A stretch of DNA of 63,919 bases, the filler included, from Reclinomonas americana ATCC 50394 (Eukaryota): NCBI GenBank assembly GCA_048213135.1. It is 5 parts of 4 records of this genome, joined end to end, with 100 filler letters (N's around TTAATTAATTAA, not from the genome) between each part and the next. Parts side by side here need not be neighbours in the genome. Positions count along the whole stretch, not along the records: positions 16,366 to 42,869 come from PS015349.1; 4 more parts are not named here. One strand, written 5' to 3'. A program made the position numbers and the translations under genes. This document shows positions 25,175 to 36,801 of this stretch, piece after piece. How positions within the stretch are numbered: position 1 is the stretch's first letter; every line of letters begins with the position of its first letter. Below the pieces are notes generated by a model that was not told where the DNA came from, searched no databases, and saw only the letters and a program-made list of their open reading frames with translations.

Positions 25175-27115
25175 TGTCACTAAGTTTCTGTCTTCCTCAT
25201 TATCACTCTCCCTCTCTCCATCTCTGCTTCTCTGCATTGCCATCGCTGTCGCAGCTTCTCTTGCCTTCTGAGTGTTCCTCGCTCATGTGTTTCCCTTTCT
25301 TTGCATTCTCTGATCCATTCTCTGTGTCTCTGTTTCTGCATTTCACTCTCTTCTCTGTATTTCTCTGCCTGTTACTTGCTTCCCTCCCTCCTTGCGTGCT
25401 TATTACTTTCTTCCCTCTCACTCTTTCCCTTCCCTCATCCGTCCCCGCAGCCCATCAACACCAGCGACTGGCTGCTGGTGAGCGAGGACAGCGTGCGTCT
25501 GCAATCACCGCGATCGGGCGCCTCGCAAGTGTTGGTGGAGAAAGATGCAGTGTTGTTGAGCGACGGTGGCATGTGTGGCGTGACGTTGCAGCGGTTGCCG
25601 CATTTTGATTTGGTGCGTGTGTGAGGCGACGATTATGCTCTTGTCTCACAGATCACTGACGCTTTGAAATGCAGCCTGCCGACTTTTGTGTCGCGGCACC
25701 GATTCGAGCGCCTCGCAATCGACCGCACGAGTTGGGCTCCCCTGTCATCACCAAGGACGATGGTCGAGTCATGTGTCACGACAAAAGTGATCCTGTGCTC
25801 TCCTTTGTGGCCACGGTGCACAATGCGGTGCGTGAGGTGACTGTCAGGGAGTGAAAGGAACCGCTCCTCATGGCACGTTCCTCTCGCTCGCTGCTGGTGA
25901 CCCCAGATGGCAAGGTGTTCACTCGACAGCACATGTGGGCGTCGCATCGGCTGGACGGAGTCGATCGTGATGCGTCGTACTCGTGGAAGACCAGTGAATC
26001 GGTGCTGCTGGTCGACACAGTGGTATCATTGGTGCAGCATCACGGCGACACCTTCTATCACCTGCTGGGAGAGGTGCTTCCGCGCTTCATGCAGGTGTGG
26101 GACGTGGCGCGGGAGCACGAACCACATGCCCTGCTGCTCGTGCGCGACAATGCGTACGGATCGCACGTGGTGTATGACTATTTCGCACTGCTGGGCATTG
26201 GCAGAGACAGGGTGCGATGTGGTGTGCACAGCCTGTTCTTTGTTCGTAGGGAAGCTCATTCCTGCTGTGGCAGATCCTTCTGAATCCACCCGCAGTGTTG
26301 GCGCGACGAGTGCTTGTTGCGCAGGGTGTGCGAGGAGGCGCCGCGCAGCCTGCTCTGTTGCATGAAATGTCTCGCGTGTTTCACTCGCTGCATGGCGTGG
26401 CTTTGTGTTCGCAAGTTCAGGAATTTAGAAGCAGTTGCGTATCCTGAGCTTTGCTTGGTCGCCGGTGGGCATGGTCTCATCTTCGCGCCAGAACATGACG
26501 AAGAGTGGCGCCAATCTGCTCTCCACAATGGTCGCCCTCGGCGGTACGTGCTGGTCGTTCAACGGCCCGGCACTCGATCCCTGACCACGATGGAGAGAGT
26601 GTGTACTTCATCTTACCACACTTGTGCCTTCGTTGTCTCTGACGCTTCTGCGTCTTATACAGGTCCTGCAACTCATTGGCGAGGAGTTCCCGCACTGGCA
26701 TGTCTCCTCGTTCGACGCCCAGTCGGCACTGCACAGCGTGGCACAATTTGCTCGCAGCGACATTGTGCTGGGGCCGCACGGAGCGGCCTTTGCGCATCGA
26801 GCGTTTGTCGCTCGCCAAGACAATGGTGATCGACCGTGCTTTCATTTCGAAGTGTTGCCAGGGACTGGTCACACGCCGCCGAAAACGTGGAACCCAGTTG
26901 CGTAGCCTACTGGACGATCTTGTCGTGATATAGCAGCTGACTGGCTTGTGCAGGTGCACGTGATGATGGCCGCGTATCAAGGTTGCAGGACGTATTTGTG
27001 GTTTGACGAGAGAGCTGGCCTGCAGGATTCACTGGTGCTACCGGTGGCGCAAGCGCGCTGGCTGCTTCGTCATTTGGATGGGGAGTTGCGAGGGGAGGAG
27101 ATGACTGGCAGATAA
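24255..27115 (+). CDS. Glycosyltransferase family 61 (DUF563), type II membrane protein, copy 1
   Basis: N-terminal TM (VLQVATVMLMAMLIVYVLVV), TFYHLLGEVLPRF and ARSDIVLGPHGAAF, with about 8 introns. One acceptor reads CTG (25891-25893) where copy 2 has CAG. Confidence 0.8.
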
Positions 27116-27159
27116 GGGGCAGGAAGGACTAGGTTCTGGCGTGATCTTGGCGAGGTGTC

Positions 27160-27695
27160 TATGGATCTGTAGTCGGAGTAGCTCTGACTCGTCGAGGGGT
27201 GGGCAATGGCAATGTTGGCCATCCAGATATGCATTTGCTAAATTCGGAGTCGTCGAGTGTACCGATGACGCTGCTGGCCAGGGAAGTCGGAATCATGGGC
27301 ACAGGAGAAAGCTGGTACATTCTTCGTTCTGAGAAGAATATCGGCCTTGCTTGCATGTCGCCGGTGCCACGCAAGCATTAAGCAGGGCACACGACAGCTC
27401 GAAAGGACCGCGCGCTGTCCGAAGGCAAACAATCAAGTAGCTTCCAGTTGAAGGTTTATTTCCCGAGTCGTGTACGACCGCAGAAAACGCTATGCGTCTA
27501 TGCAAGTGCGTCAAATCCACTGGTCAACCACGCCTATGCGGTGAAGATCGCAGTTCTCGACTTGTTCGGAGCTCCGAGAGCGAANNNNNNNNNNNNNNNN
27601 NNNNCACACACAAGGAACCTGCTGCTGCCTCAAGATTGGTGTTTGTGTTGTTGTTTTGGATACTGTTGAACTTGGTCATCAAGACGGCTGTTGCT
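27160..27695 (-). pseudogene. Degenerate fragment of a Cys-rich (GCC2/TNFR-like) gene
   Basis: ATCKQGRYSSQNEECTSFLLCP* with flanking stops. Homologous to 36200-36700 and partly to 8320-8425. Confidence 0.35.
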
Positions 27696-27782
27696 TATTT
27701 GTTGGTGAATGAAGTTGTTGTTGTTGTCTCTCACGGCCAACGAGCAAACGACGTGACTGACATCGGATCGCACATAACTACT

Positions 27783-27903
27783 TTACATCAGTGAACATTT
27801 GCTTCTCTGCGGTCTTCTCTCGGAGGCGGCAACGGCATCAGGTGGCTGCTGCTGCTGCCGCTGTTGTTGGTGTTGCTGTTGCTGCTGCTGTTGCTGCTGC
27901 CGC

Positions 27904-27940
<37 letters not shown>

Positions 27941-30900
27941 GCTGAGCTCGGTCACGACGACGTCGGCACTCCTCCAACCGCTTGATGGCATCCACAGTGT
28001 CCGAATGCTCTTCACCAAGCACCGCTCGCCGACCATCCACGCACTCCACCAGCAGTGCCTCTGCCTCGGCCCATCGTCGCTGCTTCATGAACAGAATGCC
28101 GAACCCATACATTGCAGACAATGTGTCTTGATGCCTGTCACCCAATACTTCTCGCCGTCCCTCCAAGCACTCACGGTACAATTCAGCGGCTTCTGCCAGT
28201 GATTCTGGAGTGCCTTGATCGGTGAGAGAAGCAGCAAGATTGTTCATCGACAAGACAGTGTCCGGATGTCGATCTCCCAGAGCTTCTCGCCTCAACTGCA
28301 GGCAATCCCGTTCAAGGTGAATCTTCTCCTCCAGACGACTGACGTCTTGGATACATGCAGCAACATTGCCCATGGATATCAACGTGTCTGGATGCTCAGC
28401 CCCAAGAACCAGTCGTCGCATCTCCCAGCACCGTCGATGCAGTGTTCCAGAATCGGAATATCGTTTGCGATTAAAGTGGTGTCTTCCCTGCCAGTGCAGC
28501 GTCCACAGCGAGTCCGGATGACTCTCACCCAATGTCGCACACAGCCGCTCATGACACTGCACAAGCAGTGGCAAGTTGCCTGAATAGTAAGCGAACCACA
28601 TCAAGTAGCGAAATGCGTCAATCCTATCCAGTACAGTCATCCCGTCACTGCCATCCCTCTCCCACTCCTCGCACAAATGCCACGCCTGCTGCCACGATGC
28701 GTTACGGTCATTCCAATGACGAAACATTTCGAATAACCAGGCTTGGCATTTTGCCACCACAATGGCGATTCGTCGTCGCACTGGACTCATTTCAGCATCT
28801 CCATCTCCACGTTGTCCACACTCAGCCAGGCGTTGCACAAGTAATGAGGCCACTGCCGCGCCAAATCCGACGGAGGGTAATCTTTGATAAACACACTGCT
28901 CACCAATCAACTCCACCGCCCCACACTGCACCAGCAACCCATTCACACCAACCACATCACTCGCCCACATGCCATCATCCTCGCCCAACCGTCGCCACAC
29001 TGTGTGCAGCACTCCGAGCAAGTCCCGTGACACGAACAGCACACCGTCTATGTCATTCTGAGTATCAATGCTATTCAGCACACAACACACAAGTCGCACA
29101 ATCAGTTGCCGCATCCGTGACGCTGCACTTCCACACCGTCCCACAATCCACCCAGCAATTTCATCGTGCACTTGATACTCCACCACCACGCCACCACCCT
29201 CTCCCACTTGCTCACCGCACAACACACGCGCCACACTGTCCATGCTGCCACTGACACCCACCGTCACCAAGCTCGACAAGCACAGACCCTCCAGCACCGA
29301 CTCCACCCCGTCGTCAACACCACCACCACCAACCAATTCATCACGATGTGCGCGCACTCGTTGCTCCTCTTCCTCACTCATCTCGTCAAACTGCAGTCGC
29401 TCACCCATCACCTCGGGTGCACGACGTCGCCTCTCCTGCGCCAGCTCATGCAATCGCAGTCGACACACACACTGACCCAACTCCACCAGTCGACTTGCCG
29501 CCTCCTCATCTTCATCCACTGCATCCTGTTCACAGTCACCACCACCAACAGCCATCGTTATATCGGGAATCACTCGCAGCACACCCACAGACACTCGTAC
29601 AAGTGCCACTGTCACTGGCAAGCCGAGTTCCTTGCATGCCGTGATCAGCACCAACAAACGACGTGCTGCTGCTGTCTGCGACATCACATTGCGTTCCAGC
29701 AGCTGCGACAGCGCATCGCCACCAATGCCACTGAGCACCTCCTCAAGTCGCGCTCCCACCAGCTGTGCTGCTGATTGTGACAGCAACCAGCTGCATGCCA
29801 GAAGGGAGAGAAGTAGTGAGTCTTCGCATCCACACTACTCACTCGCTCACTGACACTCACTCACCCAACACAAGCACTCACTCGCAGTGCACTCTTCTCC
29901 TGCTGTCCACTTTCCAGAGCCTCCACAATCCGTCGTCGCACATCCACCGACACTTTGTGAAGCAGTCGCTCCTCCACCAGCTGCGCAATGTCCTCGTTCT
30001 CCACATCCACCACCCGCACACACTCCACCTCCGCCTCGTGCATCATCGAGTCACGTATCTCATCCGCCACCCGTCCATATCGACTCGTCACCACCACAAT
30101 CGGTGCCACCATTCCATCTGCACAGAACCATTATGATGCATATCGAGTCAGGATCCAACATCCAAGCAAGAAGGATTCCCTCTCATGACAACACGCACCC
30201 TCATCAGCACATTGAACAACACTCCTCACTTGCTCCGCCGATCCCACGTTGTCCAGCACCATCAGTCCACTCGACGCATGCATCAGTTGTCGTAGGGGAC
30301 GACGTGCTGGTTCCACTTCGCCACTCGCCAGCAGCGCATCCACCTGCGGCCATTCTTCTCCCCTTCACTTCATCCACTCGCACCTGTGCCGTCACAAAGG
30401 CGCGCAGACACTCGCCCAGTGCACTCTCCGCCTGCAGCATGCAGCATGACGAGAGGGAAAGAGTCAGAATGACACGTCAGAAGAGATGACGCAACATGAA
30501 AGACAACATGCATTCTTCTCAGCACACCTTCACATGCTCCGTCGCATCACCCACATGGCCGCGCATCTCCACCGACAGGGCTGATCCCTTCCATCGACGA
30601 GTGGCGAGCATCTCGGTCACCAGGAGCTCGGCCAGGAACGACTTGCCAGTGCCACCATCTCCCGTCAACATCACCATGATTGGATGGTGTGCTGCGCAAG
30701 AATCATCATCCACCACCAGACAACATGATGAGTCACACGAATGCAGAGAGAAGGAAGCAAAAGAGAGAAAAGAAGGAACATCTAACCTTCCACAGCATCC
30801 ACAATGCGCGTGGCGAGTGAGGCTGCCAGTGCACGTCGACTTGGGAAGCGGAATGCAGTCACTGGATTGACGGTGCGGGCGATGAGAGGTGTCTTGGGCG

Positions 30901-32325
30901 GGCGACTGCTGTCCGGTGCTGTGTGGCAAAGAGAGAAGGGTGAGCACACACTCAATGCACATTCAATGCAAGTCCATCATGGAACACACCCGCTGCTGGA
31001 GATGAAGGAGGCGAGATGTTCAGTGTGTCAAGCCGTTGGTGCATGAGCTCCATCTCCGCGCGCATTTCCACACGCATCTGATCAATCGCATGCAAGTGAG
31101 AAACAAAGAGCAATCTGCAAGTGACCACATCTGCATGCATTCTCACTCAGCCTGCTCCACATTGGCTGCTATCGATGCCTGATCTGCTAGACTCAGCGCA
31201 CCTGCATTCACACACAAACAATCAGCATCAGCTTCCACATTCAATCAAATCATCCACAGACATGCACGAGCCATATCTCCTTCCACTCACCATCACGAGC
31301 CTCGTTCAGATGCACCACCAGTTCCTCCTCCACATCCCTGCCAATCTGCAGCTGCCGCACAAGCTGGTGCAACTCGCCCTCTCCTCCTCCTCCGTCACCG
31401 AGCAGAGGCACAAAGAGTGCACAAGCTCGTGCGGGACTCGTCTGCTCAAACACCTCCCTCATTCGCTCAATTGCATTGCGCTGTGTGACAATGAGAGAGT
31501 GATAGGTACACTCGCACAAAGAGAGATCACACTCCTCCTCCTTCCATCTCATTCTCACACACTCACCACATCACCAGCTGGAATCAGACGATCCGGCTCG
31601 TCTCTCGGGTGCTCTCGATGACCCGCCAGCAGCAAGATCGAGCAGCACAGCATCGCATCAAACGAACGGCAGTCGTGCAGCTGGCCTCGCTGACGCCACT
31701 CGCGCACCATCTGCCGCTCCTTCTCGTTCAACTGGACACACATGCCCACTCCGTCTGGCATGGTGCTGCATGTGGGGAAAGGCACAAAGAAAGAGAGGAT
31801 GCTGGTGAGTGAGGGAATGTGTGACAAGAAGGAGGGGCGATTCATCAGGGATAGAATGTGGAGACGAGCGTGGTGAGACAATGAAGAGTGCGAGAGTGGG
31901 GAGAAAGGGATGACCGGTGCGTCACCATCGGCCACTATCTTGGCAATCTTTTCTCTTCTCTCCCATTCACATCCATCTGCATCTTGCCATCGTGTGCTTC
32001 CCCATCCTTCCCACACACTCACCGCACATCACGCTCACTCGGCGCCTTGCACCACTCGGCGACGTGATTCACACCGGGATACGAATCGAGAAACGCCGGC
32101 AGCACTTGCTCGAGTTTGGATTGCAGAGCGCGGGTGCATGGACGAGACAGGGCCTTGACAAGGCGCATCGCACATTCCTCATCACCAGCATCGTGATGAT
32201 GACTGTGTGCGAGAGAGAGAGAGAGAGGAGAGTGACAGGGAACGAATCACACAAAATGTGAGAATGATGATGATGATGCATCTGACAACAACATACTGAG
32301 GGAGACACGCAACTCACGCGGCACT
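27783..32325 (-). pseudogene. NLR-like STAND protein copy 2 (polyQ, CaaX CSLM), 2-nt deletion frameshift at ~30347
   Basis: Same motifs as copy 1. ATGGCCGCAGGTGGAT versus ATGGCCGGTCAGGTGGAT (copy 1) shifts the frame before Walker B. The start codon falls in the gap at 32326. Confidence 0.8.
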
Positions 32326-32386
32326 NNNNNNNNNNNNNNNNNNNNCTGCCTCCACCGCCTTTGCTGCCACTAATGGGCTTCTGTGT

Positions 32387-32433
<47 letters not shown>

Positions 32434-32502
32434 AAGGAAGAAGAGGATGTTGCTCTATTCCTCCGTTCCCTTCACCCTCTCTCACTCTCCTCTCTCACAC
32501 AG

Positions 32503-33413
32503 CCTCGTCGGTGGCATGTACAGCACCGCCTGCCTCGGCATCTTCTCATGGACAATCCTCTCGATGAACCACGATGTTGACAACGTGCATTCGAGCTTGG
32601 CCGAGTTGGTGGTGATCTTAGTAAGATCTTCAACCTACTGATGGACCTGGACGAGGTGCCTGCATTTGCGAGATCAGCAAGCACACGCCGGAACTCGCGC
32701 AACTGGTGGTGTCGTCAGGTGCTCCGGGCGTCATTGTCGACTACGTGGGCGAGACCAAGGGCAACAGCCGCCTGCCGGGCATCATGAGACTCTCGGCTAC
32801 ATTGCCGCCATTCTCCGACGCCCTCGCACAACACGTGATTGCCACTCGGGGAAGGAGGATCACCTGCGTGCCTGGTCACTGAGTCAGATTGGTCGTCACT
32901 CGTCGGAGCACTCCAAGGCCGTCACCGACGCCGAAGTGTTGCCGCTGCTGCTCGATGCCTTCCTCGACCCGCAATCGTCGGACGACCTGAAGACCAAGGC
33001 CAAGCGCGCACTCAAGTCGGTGGTGCAAAAATGCCTCCACTTGCCGGCGCTGCAACCACTGCTCTCTCGCGCGCTCCCGTCAGCATCCTCACACACGTTA
33101 CTGGCCAGTACGCCAAGGTGCTGCCGGGCGATCGGACAGCAAGACGAGCATTTGTGTCGGGCGGTGGGCTGGAGATGCTGCAGCGCATTTCCGAGCACGT
33201 ACCCGAGGGCTCTGAGTTGCAGTTTCGTTGCTCTTCCTCACTGCTCTCTCTCACTCTCTTCTCCTCGTGTGCTCATCATCATGCCCGTGTTACAGAAAGA
33301 ACATTGACACGATCAACGCATGCTACCCCGACGAGATTGTCAAGTACTACTCACCCGGCTTCTCCAAGAACTTTGACGAGCTCATTGACAACTACGCACC
33401 GCCACTCGAGTAA
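32503..33413 (+). pseudogene. SPAG6: COA3-fragment/SPAG6 chimeric pseudogene, copy 2
   Basis: Homologous to 23139-24094 with additional deletions and a frameshift. Confidence 0.85.
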
Positions 33414-33589
33414 TGATTACCACGACGACAACAACAGGAACAGTAGCTTGTTGGTTGTTGTTGTGAATGATTGTTTCCTTTTTTTCCGAGAAGTGAAGGC
33501 AACGGAGAGTGCACATTGTTTCTGTCTGTGTCCTCTCTCTTGTTGTTTGTTTTGTTGAAGAAGATGTGGNNNNNNNNNNNNNNNNNNNN

Positions 33590-36116
33590 TCGTGCTGTTG
33601 TAAGGACGCCGTTTCGTTTGTCGGTGAGCTCTCTCTCTCTCTCTCCTCCTCCTCCTCTCTCTCTCTCTCTCCCTCTCTTTGTGCCTCCGCTTGTCACTGC
33701 TTCTGTCTTCCTCTTTATCACTCTCCCTCACTCTGTCTCTGCTTCATATTCTTCCTTCGCGCTCTCGCTCGCATTCCTCGCTGTCTATCTCACTCTCATT
33801 CTGTCTCTGCTTCTCTGCATTGCCATCGCTCTCGCAGCGTCTCTTGACTTCTGAGCCTTCCTTGCTCATATGTTTCCCTTCCTTGCCCTTCCATGGCATG
33901 CAATCCGCACTCTCATTATCTCACTGCATGTCACTCTGCTTCTCTGTATTGCTCTCTTTCTCTCTCTTTGTGCCTCTGCTCGGTACTTGCATCTCTTCCT
34001 CCTTGCATACTCATTACTCTCCTCCCTCTCACTCTTTCCCTTCCCTCCTCCGTCGCCCAGCCCATCAACACCAGCGACTGGCTGCTGGTGAGCGCGGACA
34101 GCGTGTGTCTGCAATCCCCGCGATTTGGCGCCTTGCAAGTATTCGTGGAGAACGATGCAGTGTTGTTGTATGACGGAAGCACTTGTGGCGTGACACTGCA
34201 GCAGTTGCCGCATTTTGACTTGGNNNNNNNNNNNNNNNNNNNNNNNNNNNNNNNNNNNNNNNNNNNNNNNNNNNNNNNNNNNNNNNNNNNNNNNNNNNNN
34301 NNNNNNNNNNNNNNNNNNNNNNNNNNNNNNNNNNNNNNNNNNNNNNNNNNNNNNNNNNNNNNNNNNNNNNNNNNNNNNNNNNNNNNNNNNNNNNNNNNNN
34401 NNNNNNNNNNNNNNNNNNNNNNNNNNNNNNNNNNNNNNNNNNNNNNNNNNNNNNNNNNNNNNNNNNNNNNNNNNNNNNNNNNNNNNNNNNNNNNNNNNNN
34501 NNNNNNNNNNNNNNNNNNNNNNNNNNNNNNNNNNNNNNNNNNNNNNNNNNNNNNNNNNNNNNNNNNNNNNNNNNNNNNNNNNNNNNNNNNNNNNNNNNNN
34601 NNNNNNNNNNNNNGTGTGTGTGAGGCGATATGATGTGCTCGTCTCCCGGATCACTGACGCTTAGAAGTGCAGCCTGCCGACTTTTGTGTCGCGGCACCGA
34701 TTCGGGCGCCTCGCAATCGACCGCACGAGTTGGGTACGCCTGTCATCACCATGGACGATGGTCGAGTCATGTGTCACGACAAAAGTGGTCCTGTGCTCTC
34801 CTTTGTGGCCACGGTGCACAATGCGGTGCGTGAGGTGACTGCAAAGGGAAGAGAGAGGAGCCTCTCCTCATACCATGTTCCTCCCGCTCGCAGCTGGTGA
34901 CACCAGATGGAAAGGTGTTCACTCGACAGCACATGTGGGTGTCGCATCGGCTGGATGGGGTCGATCGTGATGCATCGTACTCGTGGAAGACCAGCGAATC
35001 AGTGCTGCTCGTCGACACGTTGGTATCATTGGTCCAGCATCACGGCGACGCATTCTATCACCTGCTGGGAGAGGTGCTGCCACGCTTCGTGCAAGTGTGG
35101 AACGTGGTGCGGGAGCAGGAACCGCATGCCCTGCTCCTCGTGCGAGACAATGCGTATGGATCGCATGTGGTGTATGACTATTTCGCACTGCTGGGTATTG
35201 GCAGGGAACGGGTGCGATGTGGTGTGTATGGCCTGTTTTTTTACGTCGGAAAGCTCATTCTGGTTGTCGCAGATCCTTCTGAATCCCCCCACAGTGTTGG
35301 CGCGGCGAGTGCTTGTTGCGCAGGGCGTGCGAGGAGGCGCCGCACAGCCTGCGTTGTTGCATGAAATGTCTCGCGTGTTTCACTCGCTGCATGGCGTGGC
35401 TTTGCGTGCGCAGGTTCAGGAATTTCGAAGCAGTTGCGCATCCTGAGCTTTGCTTGTTCGCCAGTGGGCAAGGTCTCATCTTCACCACAGAGCATGACGA
35501 GGAGTGGCGCGAATCTGCTGTCCACAATGGTCGTCCTCGACTGTACGTACTGGTCATCCAACGACCGGGCACTCGAACCCTGACCACGATGGAGAGGGCA
35601 TGTACTTCTTCTCGCACTTATGCCTTCGTTGTCTCTGACGATTCTTTGTGTGTGGCACAGGTCCTGTCACTCATTGGCGAAGAATTCCCGCACTGGCATG
35701 TCTCCTCGTTCGACACCACTCGATCGGCACTGCACAGCGTGGCACAGTTTGCTCGCAGCGACATCGTGCTGGGGCCACACGGAGCGGCCTTTGCGCATCG
35801 TGCCTTTGTCGCGCGCCAAGACAATGATGATCGACCGTGCTTTCACGTGGAAGTGCTGCCAGGAACTGGGCACACGCCGCCGAAAACGTGGAATCCGGTT
35901 GCGTAGCCTTCTGGACGATTGTGTTCTGATTTAGCCGCTCATTGGCGTGTGCAGGTGCATGTGATGATGGCCGCGTATCAAGGGTGCAGCACGTATGTGT
36001 GGTTTGACGAGAGAGCTGGCCTGCAGGATTCGCTGGTGCTCCCGGTGGCACAGGCACGCTGGCTTCTTCGTCACTTGGATGGCGTGTCGCGACGCGAGGA
36101 GAGGGCTGGTGATTGA
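33590..36116 (+). CDS. Glycosyltransferase family 61, copy 2 (5' exons lost in gap)
   Basis: AFYHLLGEVLPRF, ARSDIVLGPHGAAF, WNP|VHVMMAAYQGC...AGD*. Canonical acceptors. Confidence 0.8.
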
Positions 36117-36199
36117 GGAAGTGAAAACCGGGCGTGCATCTGGCGATGTACCTGTGACCCACAGCGAGCCCGGGTGGCTTGCAAAATTGGTGCAGCACT

Positions 36200-36700
36200 G
36201 ACTTGTCGAGGGTGGGTAACGGCAAGGATTGACATCCCGACAACCAAGTGCTCGAGGCGAAGTCGTCGAGTGTACTGATGACGCTGCTGGCCAGGTAAGT
36301 CGGAATCATGGGCACGGGAGAAAGCCGTTACGTTCTTCGTTCTGAGAAGAATATCGGCCTTGCTTGCATGTCGCCGGTGCCACGCAAGCATTAAGCAGGG
36401 CACACGACAGCTCGAAAGGACCGCGCGCTGTCCAAAGGCAAACAGTCAAGTACCTACCAGTTGAAGAACTATTTCCCGAATTCGATGTGCCGTGTACGAT
36501 CGCAGAAAACGCTATGCGTCTATGCAAGTGCTTCAAATCCACTGGTCAACCACGCTTATGCGGTGAAGATCGCAGTTCTTGACTTGTTCGGAGCTCCGAG
36601 AGCGAACACGCACGCATAAGTAAACCTGCTGCTGCCTCAAGATTGGTGTTTGTGTTGATGTTTTGGATACGGTTGAACTTGGTCATCAAGACGGCTGTTG
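36200..36700 (-). pseudogene. Degenerate Cys-rich gene fragment, second copy
   Basis: ATCKQGRYSSQNEERNGFLPCP*, homologous to 27160-27695. Confidence 0.35.
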
Positions 36701-36801
36701 CTTGTTTGTTGGTAAATGATTTTGTTGTTGTTGTCTCTCACGGCCAACGAGCAAACGACGTGACTGACATCGGATCGCAAATAACTACTTCACATCAATG
36801 A

